49,703 nucleotides of DNA from an uncultured Collinsella sp. (GTDB lineage Bacteria > Actinomycetota > Coriobacteriia > Coriobacteriales > Coriobacteriaceae), in contig CALINZ010000197.1 in the NCBI GenBank assembly GCA_938045085.1, positions 1 to 49,703 of the forward strand, in the 5' to 3' direction. How positions within the stretch are numbered: the first letter of the stretch is position 1; each line of letters starts with the position of its first letter. The translations under genes were made by a program, and so were the position numbers. Positions 45,658 through 49,703 of the stretch are shown here, one piece after another. The notes below the pieces were generated by a model. The model had not been told where the DNA came from, did not search any database, and saw only the letters and a list, made by a program, of their open reading frames with translations.

Positions 45658-45797
45658 GTCTCAACCTGTAACAGGTAGGGGTGAAACCACCAACCAGATG
45701 TTACAGATTGAGACAATTCGGCGGGGCCTACCTTGTTTGTCTCGATCTGTAACGGTTAGGACTTAAAACTCGGCTACGTGTTACAGATCGAGACAAA
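45658..45797. repeat. Four copies of a 16-18-bp motif in alternating orientation (two hairpins)
   Basis: GTCTCAACCTGTAACA 45658-45673, TGTTACAGATTGAGAC 45699-45714, TTTGTCTCGATCTGTAAC 45736-45753, GTTACAGATCGAGACAAA 45780-45797. Confidence 0.88.
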
Positions 45798-45809
45798 AGA
45801 AAAAGAACA

Positions 45810-46547
45810 TTAGGACTTGAAAATAAAGTTTTGATAAGGGATTCGCCCAGTTAAGACGGTGCGGCAGACAATTGAGATTAGTTTGCCTCCGGAGTCGTAA
45901 GCATAATGAGTCAGTTCGATGACCGGAAGTTTTGCAACACCATAATTACTGGCTTCGGAATCGCTAAGCTGACGTGCTCTATAGCTTTCCCTAACAGATT
46001 GGATAGACTTGGACAAGTCGTCCATGATTCTGCTAAATGCCTGAAAATCTAACTGGTTATTCGGAACGCGTGACTTTGAAATGAAGAACGTATCAGCGCC
46101 TATGAAGCTGCCTTCAAGTTCGTAGGTCAATTCAAGACGCTGAATTTCATCGCGACTTTGACATCCAAATTGTTGGAGCATCATTACGGAAATTGGACGA
46201 CCTGATGTGAGGCCGCCGAAATGTTTGGTGATGGCATCCGGATCAACGCCATCGCAATGGCTTGTAAAGTCAAAGTCTAAAAGTGAATTGAGCTCGCTAA
46301 CGCGTTTCGGTGCAACAAACGATCCCTTACCTTGGATTCGATAGATACTTCCACGACGCTCCAGCTCACTCATGGCAAGTCGGACGGTTGTTCTGCTTAC
46401 GGCGTATTCGTCGCAGAGTTCCATTTCTGTTGGAAGTTTATCGTCTGCTTGATATTCATCGACGATCTGCTTGAGCAGCGCGTCGGTGAGCTGTAAATAG
46501 AGTGGCCGTTTTTCGTGTGTATCGAGCATTAGAGCCTCAGTTTGCAT
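45810..46547 (-). CDS. GntR-family regulator with diverged UTRA-like domain
   Basis: [32 protein letters not shown]. Codon usage is AT-richer. Start may be 46529. Confidence 0.85.
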   Translation of the reverse strand: MQTEALMLDTHEKRPLYLQLTDALLKQIVDEYQADDKLPTEMELCDEYAVSRTTVRLAMSELERRGSIYRIQGKGSFVAPKRVSELNSLLDFDFTSHCDGVDPDAITKHFGGLTSGRPISVMMLQQFGCQSRDEIQRLELTYELEGSFIGADTFFISKSRVPNNQLDFQAFSRIMDDLSKSIQSVRESYRARQLSDSEASNYGVAKLPVIELTHYAYDSGGKLISIVCRTVLTGRIPYQNFIFKS

Positions 46548-46601
46548 GTTGGTTATACCTGATGGTTGCCTCAGTCGGGATGTAACGTGGGCAAGGTAAC
46601 C

Positions 46602-47522
46602 TTAACGTATCACAGAGCGGCTCAGCATGACGATCTGATGCCTGTATCCACGAAGGGCTTGTCCGAGCGTGAAGATATTCTGGGGCAGGCAAATACCGTT
46701 CATGGAGTCCCCGATATGTTGGAGGTCAGCGCCGGCTGCTTTTGCTGCAAGGCCTATTTTCTTAATGGTCTCGCTGTCGCAGGAGTCTTGACTCGTCCCG
46801 TTCGCCGCCATGACGAGAACCTTCTCTTCAATTGACTTGCCTACGTTGTGGGATCGTACAAAGTCTACGATGGCGCGCAGGTCTGCTTCTTGGAAGCAAG
46901 GGACGGTGTAGGGGGCTGGCACGAGAAGGATATCGACGCCGAGGTCAACAAACTTGCGCGCAATTTCGAGCGTCATGACAGGTTCTGCAACGCCCGCTCC
47001 ATGCATTTTTCCGGCTATGACCAGGCCATTGAAATGCTCTTTGGAGAGTTTAATCGAATGGGCGATTGCATCGTTGGAGACGCCGGTTCCAGGGTTGCCC
47101 GTCAGGCAGATAAAATCAAATCCGAGTTCGTTAGCCTTTTCTAAGGTCTTGGGAGAGACGCGACGACCCATGGGGATTTCCGTTCGGGATTCAGACATCT
47201 CTGCCTCGTTATCAACTGGCTCCAGATTGACGCCAATGGGCCTTCCGCATGCTCGCTTCACCCAAGTGACCGGGTTTTCATTGAGATCATCTGGAATACC
47301 GGCAATAACTGGATCGAACACATCGAGCGCGTTAAACAGAAGCAGGTCGGCACCTGCGGCACGTTCGATTTCTGCATTAGTAACGCCGCCGAGAAATTGG
47401 GAAGAGGGTACGTTTTCCGCCATGATGGTACGTCCCTCGGAAGCCAGAATTGCCTGTTTTAGATCCATGGGTGACGTGGCGGCAAAATCGGATGCGGACA
47501 TGTTCAGTAATCGTTTGGGCAT
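46602..47522 (-). CDS. Uncharacterised protein, probably TIM-barrel/PEP-mutase-like
   Basis: Intact 306-aa ORF with RBS and conserved-looking motifs ASEGRT, GRPIGVNLEP, LTGNPGTGVSN, IAGKMHGAG, HIGD. Fold is inferred. Confidence 0.75.
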   Translation of the reverse strand: MPKRLLNMSASDFAATSPMDLKQAILASEGRTIMAENVPSSQFLGGVTNAEIERAAGADLLLFNALDVFDPVIAGIPDDLNENPVTWVKRACGRPIGVNLEPVDNEAEMSESRTEIPMGRRVSPKTLEKANELGFDFICLTGNPGTGVSNDAIAHSIKLSKEHFNGLVIAGKMHGAGVAEPVMTLEIARKFVDLGVDILLVPAPYTVPCFQEADLRAIVDFVRSHNVGKSIEEKVLVMAANGTSQDSCDSETIKKIGLAAKAAGADLQHIGDSMNGICLPQNIFTLGQALRGYRHQIVMLSRSVIR

Positions 47523-47568
47523 TGTTACTTCCTTTGACTAGAACGACAGGCTTGTGACATTGTCTCTA

Positions 47569-47586
47569 ATATTGTTACAACAATAT
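47569..47586. promoter_or_regulatory. Putative GntR operator in the divergent promoter region
   Basis: ATATTGTTACAACAATAT near-palindrome; related ATTGGTTATGACAAAT at 47739-47754; TTGACA at 47712-47717. Confidence 0.55.
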
Positions 47587-47878
47587 ATTCAATATGTTAT
47601 ATCCAATCGGTGAACGGTTGCAAACTTATTGTACTGCTCGGAAAAAATAGGCCCTAGCTGGGAAAACCTTAAATTAATCAACTACCGTTCACCGAATAAG
47701 TATTTGAATTCTTGACATATCGACAAAGCGGAAAAAGAATTGGTTATGACAAATCGCGCAAATGATATTACATTTCGCACAAGAACGTATTCACTTACAT
47801 AAGTGGATACAAACGGGGACGACGACGGTTGAGTCCGGATAAATCGTTGTGTGCCCGGGAATCATGAAAGGATGTGTT

Positions 47879-49573
47879 ATGGACGCTATCGTCAAATTCC
47901 TTGAAAAACACCAGCCCCTCTTCGACAAAATCTCGAGGAACATTTATCTGGTGGCGATTAAGGATGGCTTTCTCTCGAATATGCCAATTGTGCTGTTCTC
48001 GAGCCTGTTCCTTCTTCTTTCGACGCTCCCTGCCTATGTAGGCATCACGCTTCCGTCTGAGGTGCTGGATTTCTTCAATAAAATCTATGCATATACCATG
48101 GGACTTCTTGGCATTATGGTGGCCGGCACCACGGCGAGCTCACTTGCCATGTCGATGAACCGTCGCATGCCTTCGGGTAAATCTCTCAACCCCACCTCGT
48201 GCATGGTTTGTGCCATGTGCGGCATGCTCTTGCTATCGGTGACGAACGATGTTGTCTCGATTGGCGGAGCAGATACATCTGTTTTTGAAACCGGCTATAT
48301 GGGAACCAAGGGTTTTCTCGCTGCGTTCGTAGCCGCATTCTTGACCGTTAATATCTATAAGGTGTGCATTAGCCATAATGTGACGATCAAGCTTCCCAAA
48401 GAGGTCCCTGGCTCTATTGCGCAGAGTTTTCGCGATATCTTTGCATTTGGGTTTTCGATCCTTGCGTGCGCTTTTATCGATCTTGCGAGCCGCAAGCTGC
48501 TTGCTGTGCCGTTCGCCAATTTGGTATCCGCTCTCATCTCGCCGCTGTTCTCCGCGGTCGACACCTATCCTGGCATGGCGCTTATCGAAGGCGCGGTCGC
48601 GCTTTTCCAATTTATGGGTATCCACGGTGCTTCGGTTGTCATGAGTCCGATCAATGCTGCGCTCTACGGCAATACCGTTACCAATCTTGAGGTTTTCCAA
48701 GCAGGTGGACACCCGTCAATTGCTCTCACGCAGGACTTTACAAGCTTCATCGGCGGTCTGGGCGGTTCTGGCTGCACGTTCATCGTTCCTATTATCCTGA
48801 TCATGTTTATGCGCTCCAAGCAGCTTAAAGCTATGGGCAAGGCATCGATTATCCCGGTGATTTTTGGAGTTAACGAGCCCGTTATCTTCGGTATGCCGAT
48901 TGTTCTCAATCCCTATATGTTCGTGCCCTTCCTAGTGGCTCCTATGGTCAACGCCATTATCGGTAAATTTTTCATTGACGTCATTGGAATGAACGCCCCC
49001 ATGTATACCATGCCGTGGGCGCTTCCCGGCCCAATCGGTGCATTCCTCACCACGGGTCTCGATCTGCGTTCTCTCGTATTGATGGCAGTGCTGTTGGTCG
49101 TTGACTTTGTGATTTACTATCCGTTCTGCAAGGCGTATGACCATCAGCTTTGTTTGGAAGAGTCTGCAAAGGAGACTGCAGGAAACTCGGATGCAGATGC
49201 TATTGCCGAACAGGAAAATGTCGCAAAAGCTCTCGAGGCGGTAAAGGACAAGGCGGAGCAGATCCGCGTGCTTGTGCTTTGCCAGGGTGCCGGCACTTCG
49301 ACTCTCTTGGCAAATGCTCTTCGCGAAGGCGCCGCTGCTAAGGGTATCGATCTGGTTTCTCAGTCCGGTGCGTACGGAAGCCACTATGAGACGATGGATC
49401 AGTACAACGTGATTGTTCTGGCGCCCCAGGCACGCATGTACTATGACGCTATGAAGGCCGATACCGATCGCCTTGGAATTAAACTGCTCACCACAAGGGG
49501 CAAGGAGTATATCGACCTTACCAACGATCCCGAAGGTGCAATTGACTGGATCGTTCAGGAGCTGGCCAAATAG
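47879..49573 (+). CDS. lacE: PTS lactose-family EIICB fusion (LacE-like)
   Basis: ISRNIYLVAIKDGF, FMGIHG, FGVNEPVIFG and a C-terminal EIIB with VLVLCQGAGTS, LAPQ. Confidence 0.88.
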   Translation: MDAIVKFLEKHQPLFDKISRNIYLVAIKDGFLSNMPIVLFSSLFLLLSTLPAYVGITLPSEVLDFFNKIYAYTMGLLGIMVAGTTASSLAMSMNRRMPSGKSLNPTSCMVCAMCGMLLLSVTNDVVSIGGADTSVFETGYMGTKGFLAAFVAAFLTVNIYKVCISHNVTIKLPKEVPGSIAQSFRDIFAFGFSILACAFIDLASRKLLAVPFANLVSALISPLFSAVDTYPGMALIEGAVALFQFMGIHGASVVMSPINAALYGNTVTNLEVFQAGGHPSIALTQDFTSFIGGLGGSGCTFIVPIILIMFMRSKQLKAMGKASIIPVIFGVNEPVIFGMPIVLNPYMFVPFLVAPMVNAIIGKFFIDVIGMNAPMYTMPWALPGPIGAFLTTGLDLRSLVLMAVLLVVDFVIYYPFCKAYDHQLCLEESAKETAGNSDADAIAEQENVAKALEAVKDKAEQIRVLVLCQGAGTSTLLANALREGAAAKGIDLVSQSGAYGSHYETMDQYNVIVLAPQARMYYDAMKADTDRLGIKLLTTRGKEYIDLTNDPEGAIDWIVQELAK

Positions 49574-49608
49574 TGGATGCACTCCGTCGTTGATTCGTCG
49601 GTGTATAG

Positions 49609-49646
49609 TACGGCCCCGCAGCTTATTGAGCTGCGGGGCCGTATTT
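49609..49646 (+). terminator. Intrinsic terminator after lacE
   Basis: TACGGCCCCGCAGCT / AGCTGCGGGGCCGTA followed by TTT. Confidence 0.75.
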
Positions 49647-49703
49647 CGTTACGGGCTTTAGCCTGTGCGGGGCGCGCAGCGCGCCGCATCAGAAACCACC
49701 CGC

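Noticed and set aside
45658..45797. Possible mini-CRISPR array
   Set aside because: Repeats are only 16-18 bp, alternate in orientation, and no cas genes are present. Kept as a repeat finding.

Overview
GC-rich chromosomal segment. Gene content and protein style point to a Coriobacteriia gut actinobacterium, probably Collinsella; this is inferred and no search was run. Left (1-6.2 kb): a gmu-like beta-glycoside/mannoside PTS locus (partial manA, GntR, GH1, Lac/Cel-family EIIC/EIIB/EIIA, ROK kinase). Middle (6.3-31.6 kb): core genes ppaC, nhaA, a PLP aminotransferase, STAS, tatB-tatC-hypA-hypB, topA, tmk-holB-PSP1(yaaT)-comF, an SBP lipoprotein, hpf, degV, an oxidoreductase with a His/Cys tail and icd. 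This part also holds an unannotated raiA-motif ncRNA (23675-23939) and a DUF559/Vsr-like nuclease-type gene followed by a 217-bp element with long inverted arms. Right (31.6-49.7 kb): an N-acetylgalactosamine (aga) mannose-family PTS and tagatose-pathway cluster with a repeated operator, a remnant of a second nagA, tRNA-Thr(CGT), an orphan EIIB paralog whose phospho-His is replaced by Tyr, galM, a DeoR regulator, and an apparently lower-GC cassette (GntR, uncharacterised TIM-barrel-like protein, Lac-family EIICB). Intergenic DNA contains REP-like GGG(A/T)C hairpins and several long inverted repeats. No CRISPR array, rRNA, integrase or recognisable transposase was seen.
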